A stretch of 64,000 nucleotides of DNA, from assembly GCA_002269645.1 (NCBI GenBank), contig NIVC01003842.1:1-64000 (forward strand). The letters run 5' to 3'. The translations under genes and the position numbers were made by a program. How positions within the stretch are numbered: position 1 is the first letter of the stretch; each line of letters begins with the position of its first letter. This document shows positions 25,501 to 36,958 of the stretch, piece after piece. This DNA is from Macrostomum lignano. Lineage: Eukaryota. A model generated the notes under the pieces. That model was not told the origin of the DNA. It did no database searches and saw only the letters and a program-made list of their open reading frames with translations.

Positions 25501-28500
25501 ACAAACATTTGTGGTTCAGCGAGCCATCGGAATCAAAGAGCAGCAGAATTTTAAGTGCCGGCAGCATTGAGCAGGCTTGGGTATTCCCAACTACAGATGA
25601 TAACCATCTTAAACTGAACGAAGCTGCTTGTGTCCTGAATTTGCGGGGTGACGCCATGGAGTTTGTGCAACAGCGACAGTTTCTTGCTGACGTGTCAGCC
25701 TGCGTCATTGTACTGCTCCCCGATGATGAGGGCTTGGATACTCAGCAGCAGAGTGCAGTAACAGAAACTCTCAGTGACCTATTCGAGCAAAATAAAAACC
25801 TCCTGCTGGTTGCAACTTCAAGCGAGATTCCATGCTATGTAAATCAGCTGGCGTCACCTGAAAACCTTGGCGACAGTTTTAAGCCAGCAGAGTCAATAGT
25901 AAACAGCGCAGGTACAATGAGGCTATCTGCTCTCGTGACTGCTGTAAAGAAAAAACTCAGCAAAAAGCTAAGCGAGGGACAACAAAATTATGTTTCTATA
26001 AGCACTATGATTGTGCACGCAAAAAAATTTCCAGGTTGGCACGTTGATGAAGTTCAGAGAAAAATTCTGTTGCAGCAGAAAAGAGCTGAAACACTGGTTT
26101 GCACGGCTCGTAGCATTTTGGTGGAGCAAAATGAATCGTTGTTTCCGTTGCAAGAAGAGCCTTGGAAACAGATTGCAAAATTAGAGAAAGGCATTGTAAG
26201 AAATGTCCAAAAATTGAGCTTTAAAGAAAAACTTGAGCAAATTCATGAGGATAAATCAAGGATCAGAGCGCTTCGACAAAAGCAAATGGAGCTTCTATCG
26301 AATGAAATGAAAAATCCGGGTGGCTTTATGAAGTTATTTTTCGATTTTCTTGATGAAGCCTCCGTAGATTCGGCTGCGATTGTTTTTTTACAGTGCTTGA
26401 AGATTAGTTTTGATGCACAAATACGCCAAAAAATTGGAATCGAGCATATTCTCCGTGAGGTCTGCCAGGTGTACGAGGCAATTGTGAGTAACGATAGCAT
26501 AGCTACAGAATATCGAGATTTCACCGACAAGCTGCTCACCTCCACTGTGCAGCTGCTGCTGCATGGACACCCAATTGAGCTGATGGATGGAGACGTCAAC
26601 TGCATCCCTACCAAGTGGGTCGAGGCGCTGCTGAAAAAACTGCACGAGACCCTCGGTAACAAATCATTGCTGGCTGTGTCAGTGCTGGGAGTTCAGAGTT
26701 CTGGAAAATCAACGCTGTTAAACACCATGTTCGGATTGCAGAATGCAGTTAGTGCAGGTCGGTGCACAAAGGGTGCATTTATGCAGCTGGTGCAAAATGA
26801 CCCAAGTAAACCAGGCTTGCCAATAGATTTCGTGATGATCATAGATACTGAAGGCCTGCGTTCATTAGACAGAGGAGATGCAGGAAGGAGCCGCGATAGC
26901 GAGCTGGCCACAATGGCAATCGGACTGGCTGACGTCACCATCATGAACATCATGGGTGAAAATGCAGCAGAAATTTCAGACGTATTGCAGATTGTGTCTC
27001 ATGTGTTTTTGAAAATGCGGGCAGCATCAGAAAACCTGGTGCGAAACAAATCATGTCTGTTCATTCACCAAAACGTGTCTGCAACAGACTCGAGAGAGAG
27101 GACCCAGACTGCTCGTGATCGGCTGCTGGAGACGCTCAACAAGACGGCCCAAGCAGCAGCAGCTGATCAAGGCATCGAAGAAGTGAAGAGCTTTAGTGAC
27201 ATCATAGCTTTCGACTGTAATAAAAGTGTGATTTTTTTACCAACTCTGTGGGAAGGTGAGCCGCCTCGAGCGCCAGTGAACCCCGGGTATAGCCGTGGAA
27301 TACAAAACGCCAAATGCCGGTTACTTGAGTGCTTGCGCAACGCATCCAAGTCAAAGCTGACTTTGGAACAATTTCCCACAAGACTAAACGACCTGTGGGA
27401 AGCAGTTCTGAAAGAAGACTATTTGTTCAGCTTTAAGAATACATTGGAGATCAATGCTTACCGAGACGTGCAAAGGTGTTACATTGAGCATAGGAAAAAG
27501 ATGGAACTAGACGTCTGGACTAATGTCACAAAGGTCCATCTACCGAAAATGCGATCATGCACAGATATAGATCTCTTGTCTCGTACGCTTAGAGAATTGA
27601 CTTCTGAAACTACGAAATACATTGAAGAGCGTTTCGGAGAAGTAAATAAAGAGCTAAAGAAATTCTTCACAAGCCATGACCAAAACCAGATTATTGTGCA
27701 GTGGAAGGAAAGAACTCTGCTACATTTGGATGATGATAAAGACAGGCTAATACGCGAACATACTTGCAGGCTTTGTGAAGTGAAAGAAGAGCGACGCGTT
27801 CTGCTTCAGAGTAAAGGAAAGTCTGATAAGTGCAAGAAGAAGGTATTTAAGAAAGCAGGCAGCCTAGCTAAAGAAATGAAAAATAAAGAAATGAAAATGA
27901 CAGAATCAGAGGTAAAAGAGAAATTTGACGTCTTCTGGGAGAAGGAAATGAGCGAATTGTCGCGCACTGACAAGGCTCCAACTGACTTTCATGGCACGGC
28001 TGAGAAAATTCTTCGGGAGTTGCATAGTGAAAAAAGTTCTATAATTAGTGAAGTAATCGACTTTTTTCGGAGCCATGTGAATAGTTCAGTAAACCTGGAC
28101 GAGTCATTGAAGGAAATACTTATCGAATTCAATCGCCAGAAGAAAAACTGCTTGTATAAGCGATTAGATGTCGAAAAGACTGATTACGATTGTCAACAAC
28201 AAAGTTTGGACATAGCCGAAGGAATTTTTGACAAAATAAAGGAGCAGGAAATCGATTCACTCGTTGAAGAAGAAAATAACATTGCTAAGGTGTTCGATGA
28301 CATTGCTAAGCATATTGATGGGGAGGTCCGCGACTTCAATTCAGAAGAGCAACATGGCGATGAAAAAAGACTAATCACTCTCTTACCGCAGTTCAATATG
28401 TGCCTGCAAGCATTTTCAACGTTTTATGCAGCAACAGTGTTTACGGAGAGGCATGACAAATTCGAGCGAGAGCATGGTGCCAAAGCGAAGCTGCAGAACT

Positions 28501-29678
28501 TTAGGCCAACAATTCTACAGGAGTTTCTGGGCATTTTTAGACAGGAGAGTGAGGAAGTGAGCAGTGCGTGCCTCATCGGCAATCTTCTTGGCGAAAGCGT
28601 GCGCACGGAGGCTCTCCGAGATGCTGCGAATGATATTGCTAGAGAAATCATGGAAACAGCTAGCTATGAAAGCAAAAAAGAATTGTTTGAAACAATCATG
28701 TTCAGCTTGTTTGACAGATTCGAAGTCTCTTCGGAAATTTTCTTTCAGGAATTCATGGATTTCGTGCAAAACAGCAACGAATTTGCAAAAAAGTGGTTTA
28801 GAAAACAAGCTAATATTAAATTCTTTCAGAAGTATGACAGAGAAGATTCAGAGTACACACTTCTTCTGAGGAAAGCAATTCAGACCCACATGAAGCCGAT
28901 TTTTGAATCTGTAGAGGAAACAACCAAGAAAGTGAAGACACAGCTTGAAGAAGCAGGAGAGGATGCTAAACTTTCATCCAACCTGTTGCAGATGTGGACT
29001 GACACATTTAGTAATTGTTACCACAAAGCAGGTGCAGTCAACTTCGATGTGACAACTGACCGATCAATTAATGATCTTGAAAACTTTTCTAAGCTACTTC
29101 TAGAGAAACTGAAAGCTATAGAAGAAGATATACTCAGAAACGCTCCAACAAAGTACGAGGAAATGAAATGGGATGGAAAAGCACCTGAAGTATACACAGG
29201 CAAGTTCTCCGGAGTTCATAGGAATTCTCGTATGTTTTGTTTGCGATGCTTTGCGAGTTGCTTTCCTTGCTTATCTGCGATTTTCGGCGGTCGCAGAGAC
29301 GAAATACTTTTACCGAAATGGTTGTGCAATCAACCTTTCTGTCTGATGGGGTGGGTAGAAGAAAAGACAGACAAGTTGGCTCTTGTCAGTTGCCGTAGTG
29401 CTCGAAGATTTAATTTGAATCAAGACAAGAAATCAATCAAGAAAAAAAAACTATTTTTATCAATTGATTTTGAAGTATATGATGAAGTAACGCAAAGCCA
29501 GTTTTGGCAATGGTTTGTGTGCAAGTTCAAGAAGGAGTTGGAGTCAAAATACGGCAAAGAATTGGCGGCTGTGCCAAAAGAGTGGCAGGATATTAGTTTT
29601 GACGAGGCCAAGGACTGGCTTTCAAGACATGAACTTCAGGCTGAGGAGCCAGTTAATAGATCGTGCAACATCCTGTGA
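22563..29678 (+). CDS. GVIN1: Interferon-induced very large GTPase (VLIG/GVIN1/URGCP family), single coding exon, 2371 aa
   Basis: Uninterrupted ORF with ATG at 22563, after a CAG acceptor at 22545-22547. P-loop GVQSSGKSTLLN (26688), G3 DTEG (26844), FIHQNV, and family motifs IEHILREVCQVYEA, PIELMDGD, FWQWFVCKF, VPKEWQDISFDEA. Confidence 0.93.
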   Translation: MSDSSSTAKAELMDDEKLKENAEQEKKEKEEKEKKEKKEKEEKDEREKQAAKDFVAAKEKEAIERHTEESRALKAVEKHAEQAAAGEGNQKPEDNSEAQKKLNSGQQMLEQNQQQRQQLTRPLSDTEVVKVLSSAADGVALKGSYFLEGQWVRRKRQLMEICEPLSFTPSDLSESFDEEFSTQKQLDNFSSSLTTGELKVGMQADVNVGLSATKAKADAPYCKEDSRGAEKHKTSCFISRCRVHTQAAGACNLKLSQLRLSAEAIEELRKIDKELNLKGNADSSIEIFFSQFGSHVTCGTVYFGTLFVTTAEYKSEILEEAETYRKLVRMKLDASFATAFGPRVGVGAHGRLAKGRSTNRECSSDQRMENIVIKSTERGSGGSVEEPQKFAIITKGFQHGAWNLIKLHHKSEFHNPSALSQALKSFWESLTGLRDETVDEECSEAIESADEFVKEVCSVISNSGQIQTLKQWEDRLRTVCDKLERIEQLTVPDRRGEGWVHLQSVQQFLEAFCSEEHDLDCFEGEAIKKQLKRLIELSGSKEFPKKEKIVCLLQKESVKPKYTPLSDMRITTPEQLLDAIRSRTLPDMQREISKSGCDEVKVLQLVRQDLTAAVRHLLKHLRAEADQKRALFLTLLALLKASFQLENEEFELLLTREKIEAMAKNLDEMIQKLRKLENTGEPQFIDCQLLKILILNEGGKWSSSESVMSLLNHVDWTPAVRQAVESFKTSKDWNSLSEEVNGLLTDFTTNGKLLRLTFAVDEPSQNSIEVPSTEFLEMTRNSLTEDQKTLFRTLNLTERFPDKIILREVMKLQDESQDSPNHMEDIAYRILKAVIMTNYKSVRNFSNPTSTSSSPSAASAAKNNGSSNDGDSPEAEELEVSPFPSDVFLACFLCCDARLKQLIAEKLFDCKMAVPIAWSAAEGVQLFTWPLRSCVLNYNDQGEVNVQKHMISDSFRVISVLRLGISTVSKSEIINKCIDDKHLWFSEPSESKSSRILSAGSIEQAWVFPTTDDNHLKLNEAACVLNLRGDAMEFVQQRQFLADVSACVIVLLPDDEGLDTQQQSAVTETLSDLFEQNKNLLLVATSSEIPCYVNQLASPENLGDSFKPAESIVNSAGTMRLSALVTAVKKKLSKKLSEGQQNYVSISTMIVHAKKFPGWHVDEVQRKILLQQKRAETLVCTARSILVEQNESLFPLQEEPWKQIAKLEKGIVRNVQKLSFKEKLEQIHEDKSRIRALRQKQMELLSNEMKNPGGFMKLFFDFLDEASVDSAAIVFLQCLKISFDAQIRQKIGIEHILREVCQVYEAIVSNDSIATEYRDFTDKLLTSTVQLLLHGHPIELMDGDVNCIPTKWVEALLKKLHETLGNKSLLAVSVLGVQSSGKSTLLNTMFGLQNAVSAGRCTKGAFMQLVQNDPSKPGLPIDFVMIIDTEGLRSLDRGDAGRSRDSELATMAIGLADVTIMNIMGENAAEISDVLQIVSHVFLKMRAASENLVRNKSCLFIHQNVSATDSRERTQTARDRLLETLNKTAQAAAADQGIEEVKSFSDIIAFDCNKSVIFLPTLWEGEPPRAPVNPGYSRGIQNAKCRLLECLRNASKSKLTLEQFPTRLNDLWEAVLKEDYLFSFKNTLEINAYRDVQRCYIEHRKKMELDVWTNVTKVHLPKMRSCTDIDLLSRTLRELTSETTKYIEERFGEVNKELKKFFTSHDQNQIIVQWKERTLLHLDDDKDRLIREHTCRLCEVKEERRVLLQSKGKSDKCKKKVFKKAGSLAKEMKNKEMKMTESEVKEKFDVFWEKEMSELSRTDKAPTDFHGTAEKILRELHSEKSSIISEVIDFFRSHVNSSVNLDESLKEILIEFNRQKKNCLYKRLDVEKTDYDCQQQSLDIAEGIFDKIKEQEIDSLVEEENNIAKVFDDIAKHIDGEVRDFNSEEQHGDEKRLITLLPQFNMCLQAFSTFYAATVFTERHDKFEREHGAKAKLQNFRPTILQEFLGIFRQESEEVSSACLIGNLLGESVRTEALRDAANDIAREIMETASYESKKELFETIMFSLFDRFEVSSEIFFQEFMDFVQNSNEFAKKWFRKQANIKFFQKYDREDSEYTLLLRKAIQTHMKPIFESVEETTKKVKTQLEEAGEDAKLSSNLLQMWTDTFSNCYHKAGAVNFDVTTDRSINDLENFSKLLLEKLKAIEEDILRNAPTKYEEMKWDGKAPEVYTGKFSGVHRNSRMFCLRCFASCFPCLSAIFGGRRDEILLPKWLCNQPFCLMGWVEEKTDKLALVSCRSARRFNLNQDKKSIKKKKLFLSIDFEVYDEVTQSQFWQWFVCKFKKELESKYGKELAAVPKEWQDISFDEAKDWLSRHELQAEEPVNRSCNIL

Positions 29679-31504
29679 CGATTATGAAGTACTTTTTGTT
29701 AAATATGCAACTATATAAAAATAACTTTAAGATAATGAGGTTTGATATCAGCGAAAATATTAGCTATCAATACTGCGATCACTACAGTAGGTACATTCTG
29801 AATTCCAAAGAACTACGCTCGTATTTTAACCGAATGTACTGCACCATTTCTTAATAGCTAGCTCGTAAATTGCTAAGCCAGTAATTGTTCATTGATGAAT
29901 TTTTGTTTAACTTACATCTTTATTTCTGTCAGTATGATATAAATTTATCCAAATAATCAAAAAATGATTACTCAAAAACCTTACCAATTTACGAGCTAAA
30001 AGTTTGGAAACATCATTTTGATTAAAGTATTTCGGCTGAAGTCGAATTTCAAAACCGTTTGTTAATTAGTATTGTTCGTTCAGTTGGTTTTTTAGTTTAC
30101 GAGCGTATTTGAAAAAATTACTAAATCACATTAAAACTTTTCCAAGACCCTCAGGCATCGTTTTTTAGCTATCTGATATGCCTGCAAAGTCTTACATAAA
30201 CTAATATTTTTGAGTAGCTACGTTCGTAATTCCCAGATTTTTATAGTCATGTTTTTTCTCATTTTTTGTACGATCGTAATTTAAATTGTAAACCCATAAT
30301 TTAAACTGTGTTGAACTACCCATGTATTAAAAGCTTGTAACCACTTTCTCACTTAGCTAGAGACTTCGTTTTTATGACTCATTTTGCATATTTGTAATTG
30401 AGGTCTGTTTAACTGCTCTACGAGCGTATAATTTTGATTAGCTACACTATACGGTGATAGAAATCGAAACCGAAGTCATTTATTCTCGCTTATTTTTTAC
30501 GTTTCTTATATATAATTTTTTGCACCTGAAAAGCAGTTTTTTCGACTTCTTATATTATGCTTATTATTATCCAGATTCGTTGAGCGATACCGATGAATAA
30601 TATCAACTTTTTATTTTATATCAACGTATATATATTTTATTGTACAGGATGTTCAGGAGCGATAGTTGAAGCCCCAACATATATTCCAGATTCTCAACCG
30701 CGTATAAATTTAGTTATCGGATTGTTCTTTAATTGAAATAAACATATTCAAATTTTAATTTTTTAATTATACAACGTAAAACATCACAAATAGTAATCTA
30801 CACTATATATATGGTTATCTGCTTATTATCCTAAATGTTTCGCCTGCAGTTTGCTTCCTCTTTCAAATTGAATAGATTAAAGAATTACAAGCGTTAATGG
30901 CGTCAATGTGATAATCAGGAGTACAAAAATTGCCCACGCGAAGTTTGCCAGCCGAATTTTGCAAATCGATGATTGCCGAAGTGCACATAACATTTCCCTG
31001 GTTCTTTGACTCTAGTATGTCATTGTAAGATTGTAATACGAGTATAGCAACATGCGTTTAAGGTCGAAAATTAGACTATCGATCAATCGAAACTCGAGGC
31101 TACAACTAAATATAACTCGTACGCTCGAAGCATGTAATTTAGGTGCGTTATGTACATGTATGCCGATGCTTGCTTTAATTTGTTAAAACGATGAGTGGGT
31201 GGAAAATCCAAGATGCGGGCAAATTAAGCGGGCAACCCTTGGTGGGCAAATGGGCAAATTTCCCACGGGCAATTTTCATAGACCCGATGATAATCTCTCT
31301 AATCGTTCAGTCCGCGTCATCCCTTTTTTCTTGATATCACCCTCCAACTCTTGTGAGTTCCCCCCCCCCCCCGATGAGCAGTCTAATCCCTAAATCCATA
31401 TACTAAAAATGGTTTGTTGGTATGTGATCGATTTCAGAAAAATTTTATTCTTAATAATAGAGGATAAATGAAGTGCAGTTCATTTTATAAGCGCAGCTTG
31501 TGGC

Positions 31505-31888
31505 CAAGGACCACTAGAAGTCTAGAAGTTACCTTTGTATCAGGACGTAACACACGTAAATATTGCAAAATTATTTGAAAGCCCGCTTGTTTGCATCGCA
31601 GCTAAACTTTGGATCAGCTGCACTTAAAATGACAATTTTTCGCCAGGTTGTTTGCAATTTCGTTTGCTTTAAGTTGACGCAAAGTTTGGCCTTATATCTA
31701 CATGTAGGCGTGTAGAATAATGGCTTTACGCAATATTTCTTGCAGTTAAAAAGAATAAAGCTGGAGAGTCATTTTAACTATCGTAAACATCGCTAAATAC
31801 ACTGTAAAACAGCGATCCTTCAAATAATAATTTTGCAATACTCAATAGTGTTACGTCCCGATGCAATGGTAACTTCTAGTGGTCCTTG
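31505..31888. mobile_element. MITE-like element with about 21-bp TIRs
   Basis: CAAGGACCACTAGAAGT(CTAGAAGT)TACC versus GGTAACTTCTAGTGGTCCTTG. No TSD seen. Confidence 0.5.
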
Positions 31889-33937
31889 AGTGTGACCCCT
31901 CCCGGTAAGACAAAACAGACTTTTTATTTATTTTTCCTATATTTCTTCCTCTTTTGACTTTGTCCTCCAATTACCAGTCATCAGGATTGGACACAAGCTA
32001 CGAGTCTGCTAGTCTGCCAGTCTGCTGCTCATCCAAATCTCTTCCACCTGTTGAAGCTTCTACTCGGATCTGTGAAGAGTCCGTACACTCTCAAAACAGT
32101 AATCACCTTTCTGTCGCTGCTAAGTCGCTACTTGCTGCAGCCTCATCATCCGTGACGCATATCGGGGACCGCCGCTCCCTCCCTATCCCACTTGGCAAGC
32201 TGTGGGCAGTCCAGTACTCGAACTCTGAATGTTCCGCCTGCGATCGGTCCGCACGGATGGAAGCGTAAAATATACAACAAAACCATTATCCATCAAGATA
32301 AAAGGTTTGCAATAATCCTAAATCCAAACTAAATACATTAACAGGTCGTATGACATTTATAAATTTCTCTGATTCATACTGACCAAACCTAATGACCTTT
32401 AACAAGAGGAGAAAAAGGACCACTTATAAGTAGGACGCGACACTGCTTATTCTCTAGCATATTCTAGCGTCACTTTCTCTAGCCTCGCTTGCTGTCTGGT
32501 AACATAAAAATACATATACTCAGCAACATTCAAAACCGCCGACCAAGAGCATTGCCTTTCCAACTCTCACTCAGACGCACTGGGTCAGACGCAGTTTGCA
32601 AGCTACGCTGACACTAATGAAGCAGTACTAGCTAGCAGAGACCAAAAATTAAAAAAGAAAGAAAGTAAAAAAAACAAACCATTCATTTATCTGGTCTGTC
32701 CTCGCTCTGTTTTGCAAAAAGATCACATAATTGAAATACAAAAATGATTCTGGCACTTTTGTTATTGTACAGGTAGGTTTTATAGGTATTCGGTAGTACG
32801 CTCTTGTTAATACGAGGGGTCACATGCGGAATTATTAGTCAAATAACAATAATTCATATACTACTTACTAAACAGTAGTTTTGAAGTTATTTGCATCAAT
32901 TGGTTCCCTTTGATGCGATAAACTTCACAAAGAAGCTGTCCTTCATTTTTATTCGGCACACACAACCGGTAACTTTATCAGGCATTAATAATTTTATCAA
33001 TGTTCATTAAATTTGAAATTCGAAGTATAATAAAATAATTTCGCCATGATTGGACGATTGCAGCGTTCTACTCTTAAAGGAACATAAAAATAAATAATAT
33101 GAGAGGTCTGTAGTGGGCTTTCTATGGGCTGGAAAATAGCCTATGCCAATAGGAAGCTTGCCCTAGATATAATCAATACTAACTGCTGTAGCTAAACTAA
33201 TTATTAAATATGAATATAGATTTCAAGCAATAAGGATTACTACAGTATGCTGCATCTCAATCAATATTTCTATTAAACTAATTCAAAAGCTGTCCTTATT
33301 AATGCGACACCTGACTTTATGATCTATAAATTTAACTTCTATTGCTGTTTAGCAATGGATTGGAATTTCCAACATCCCAAATCTTCAGATTCTCAAACTA
33401 TACAATCTACCTCTACACAAAAGATGGAATATGGTAACTGATTAAACATTTCATACAGTACTTTACAAACAGAACTATGGTATATGAGCATAAACAATCT
33501 TAGGGCAGAAAGAAAAAAACAAAATCTATGAGTGAGTGCATCAGGAAATTGCACTAACTGTCAGCATAAACAGTTCATACATAGAGAAAAAAAATTTAAC
33601 TAAATAATTACACCAATTGTTTGTAAATCTTTGTGCAACCATAGTATTCATCATTAAAAAGGCCTCAAATCAATTTAGCCGCCCTAGATGAAAATTGAAC
33701 ATTCAATGAAGCCAAAAATGGAAGCAAGATTTCACAAGCTAGTCTATGTACCTGCTGTATGGGCTTGCTGGAACATGCTCGGAAGTGCATATGAGCAGAA
33801 TGGGAGTATGTAAGAATACGAATAGCACTGCACAGATGATTGCAAAAAGCTTTGCTAATGGACGAGTGTGATTCGTTCTGCCAGGCAATGCTCTGTTTTG
33901 AACAATTATCCGTGATGTTTGACGTGGAAATCACATG

Positions 33938-33947
33938 TTACAGCTGC
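33938..33947 (-). CDS. SLC25A37: Mitoferrin, 10-nt terminal coding exon (R-Q-L-stop)
   Basis: TTTCAG acceptor at 33953-33948 followed by G CAG CTG TAA. The four exons total 987 nt, i.e. 328 aa plus stop. Confidence 0.65.
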
Positions 33948-34022
33948 CTGAAATTCAATAATAATAGTGGCCTCGTTAAACATGCACATTTTTTTTTCAA
34001 ATTAAGGCAGGGATGTCAAAAT

Positions 34023-34588
34023 GAATGGGTGACAGGTACAGATACAGAATGTGTGACAGGTAGAGACACAGAATGTGTGAAAGGTTAGAGACACAGAATC
34101 GGTGACAAGTAGAGACACAGAATGAATGACAGGTAGAGACACAGAGTGGGTGACAGGTTAAAGACGCAGACTGGGCGACAGGTAAAGGCATAATGTTTGA
34201 CAGGTTAGAGACACAGAATCGGTGACAGGTAGAGACACAGAGTGGATGAAGTGGATGACAGGTAGAGACACAGAGTGGATGACAGGTAGAGACACAGAAT
34301 GTGTGACAGGTTAGAGACACAGAATCGGTGGCAGGTAGAGACACAGAGCGGATGACAGGTAGAGACACAGAATGTGTGACAGGTTAGAGACACAGAATGC
34401 GTGACAGGTTAGAGACACAGAGTGGATGACAGGTAGAGACACAGAATGTGTGACAGGTTAGAGACACAGAATGCGTGACAGGTTAGAGACTCATAATCGG
34501 TGACAGGTAGAGACACAGAGTGGATGACAGGTAGAGACACAGAATCGGTGACAGGTAGAGACAGAATGGGTGACAGGTAGACACAAAA
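34023..34588 (+). repeat. About 24-bp minisatellite GACAGGTAGAGACACAGAATGTGT in mitoferrin intron 3
   Basis: About 23 variant copies filling the intron. Confidence 0.95.
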
Positions 34589-34598
34589 TGAAACTCAC

Positions 34599-34873
34599 CT
34601 GTTGTCAATCACCAGCGGATTAACCTGAGATCCAGCCGCCGCCGCCGTAGCGGTGGCAGTGGCAGCCGCCCGCCCGCTCTCGCCGCTCAAATACCATTTG
34701 AAAGTTTCGTACACCAGCCAGGAGATGGCGGTGCCGGGCATCTGAAAGACAACGCGAGCTTGGACGCCTTTGAAGTAGCCGGCGAAGCCCTCGAGTCTGT
34801 AGACGGTGCGCAGGGCGCTGCCGATTGAAGCTACGGGGCGGAGTCGGCCGGCCGCTTGCAGTGCGCACTGCTC
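34599..34873 (-). CDS. SLC25A37: Mitoferrin, exon 3
   Basis: EQCAL...EGFAGYFKGVQARVVFQMPGTAISWLVYETFK, between a CAG acceptor and a phase-2 GTGAGT donor. Confidence 0.92.
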
Positions 34874-34919
34874 CTGCGGAGAGTGGGACGGGACCAGAGG
34901 GAGAAAATGTTTCAATTCG

Positions 34920-36839
34920 AGGGCGATTCTTAGGGGATCTGTGGGGCGATTCTTAGGGGATCTGTAGGGCATTCTTAGGGGATCTGTAGGGCATTCTTAG
35001 GGGATCTGTAGGGCATTCTTAGGGGATCTGTAGGGCATTCTTAGGGGATCTGTAGGGCATTCTTAGGGGATCTGTAGGGCATTCTTAGGGGATCTGTAGG
35101 GCGATTTTTGGGGATCTGTGGGGCGATTCTTAGGGGATCTGTAGGGCATTCTTAGGGGATCTGTAGGGCATTCTTAGGGGATCTGTAGGGCGATTCTTAG
35201 GGGATCTGTGGGGCGATTCTTAGGGCATCTGTGGGGCGATTCTTAGGGGATCTGTGGGGCGATTCTTAGGGGATCTGTGGGGCGATTCTTAGGGGATCTG
35301 TGGGGCGATTCTTAGGGGATCTGTAGGGCGATTTTTGGGGGATCTGTGGGGCGATTCTTAGGGGATCTGTGGGGCGATTCTTAGGGGATCTGTAGGGCGA
35401 TTTTTGGGGGATCTGTGGGGCGATTCTTAGGGGATCTGTAGGGCGATTTTTGGGGGATCTGTGGGGCGATTCTTAGGGGATCTGTAGGGCATTCTTAGGG
35501 GAGCTGTAGGGCGATTCTTAGGGGATCTGTGGGGCGATTCTTAGGGGATCTGTAGGGCATTCTTAGGGGATCTGTGGGGCGATTCTTAGGGGATCTGTGG
35601 GGCGATTCTTAGGGGATCTGTGGGGCGATTCTTAGGGGATCTGTAGGGCGATTTTTGGGGGGATCTGTGGGGCGATTCTTAGGGGATCTGTGGGGCGATT
35701 CTTAGGGGATCTGTGGGGCGATTCTTAGGGGATCTGTAGGGCGATTTTTGGGGGGATCTGTGGGGCGATTCTTAGGGGATCTGTAGGGCGATTCTTAGGG
35801 GATCTGTGGGGCGATTTTTAGGGGATCTGTGGGGCGATTCTTAGGGGATCTGTGGGGTGATTCTTAGGGGATCTGTAGGGCGATTTTTGGGGGATCTGTG
35901 GGGCGATTCTTAGGGGATCTGTGGGGCGATTCTTAGGGGATCTGTGGGGCGATTCTTAGGGGATCTGTACCGGTAGGGCATTCTTAGGGGATCTGTAGGG
36001 CGATTCTTAGGGGATCTGTGGGGCGATTCTTAGGGGATCTGTGGGGCGATTCTTAGGGGATCTGTAGGGCATTCTTAGGGGATCTGTAGGGCGATTCTTA
36101 GGGGATCTGTGGGGCGATTCTTAGGGGATCTGTGGGGCGATTCTTAGGGCATCTGTGGGGCGATTCTTAGGGGATCTGTAGGGCGATTTTTGGGGGATCT
36201 GTGGGGCGATTCTTAGGGGATCTGTAGGGCGATTCTTAGGGGATCTGTGGGGCGATTTTTAGGGGATCTGTGGGGCGATTCTTAGGGGATCTGTAGGGCG
36301 ATTTTTGGGGGATCTGTGGGGCGATTCTTAGGGGATCTGTAGGGCGATTCTTAGGGGATCTGTAGGGCGATTCTTAGGGGATCTGTGGGGCGATTCTTAG
36401 GGGATCTGTAGGGCGATTTTTAGGGGATCTGTAGGGCGATTCTTAGGGGATCTGTCGGGCGATTCTTATGGGATCTGTGGGGCGATTCTTAGGGGATCTG
36501 TAGGGCGATTTTTAGGGGATCTGTGGGGCGATTCTTAGGGGATCTGTGGGGCGATTCTTAGGGGATCTGTAGGGTGATTCTTAGGGGATCTGTGGGGCGA
36601 TTTTTAGGGGATCTGTGGGGCGATTCTTAGGGGATCTGTGGGGCGATTCTTAGGGGATCTGTAGGGCGATTTTTGGGGGATCTGTGGGGCGATTCTTAGG
36701 GGATCTGTAGGGCGATTCTTAGGGGATCTGTAGGGCGATTCTTAGGGCATCTGTGGGGCGATTCTTAGGGCATCTGTGGGGCGATTCTTAGGGCATCTGT
36801 GGGGCGATTCTTAGGGGATCTGTAGGGCGATTCTTAGGG
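34920..36839 (+). repeat. 22/23-bp G-rich minisatellite TTAGGGGATCTGTGGGGCGATTC in mitoferrin intron 2
   Basis: About 84 copies, roughly 92% of the intron. Confidence 0.98.
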
Positions 36840-36958
36840 TATTTATTGAAAGACTTCTAGTGTACCTCTAGGCGGAATTCTTTAAAGTACACGCCATTCT
36901 AAGGCCGCATGCAGGGCAATTTCAAATATTCTGACAGGCTAAGTAATAGGCTACTCAC

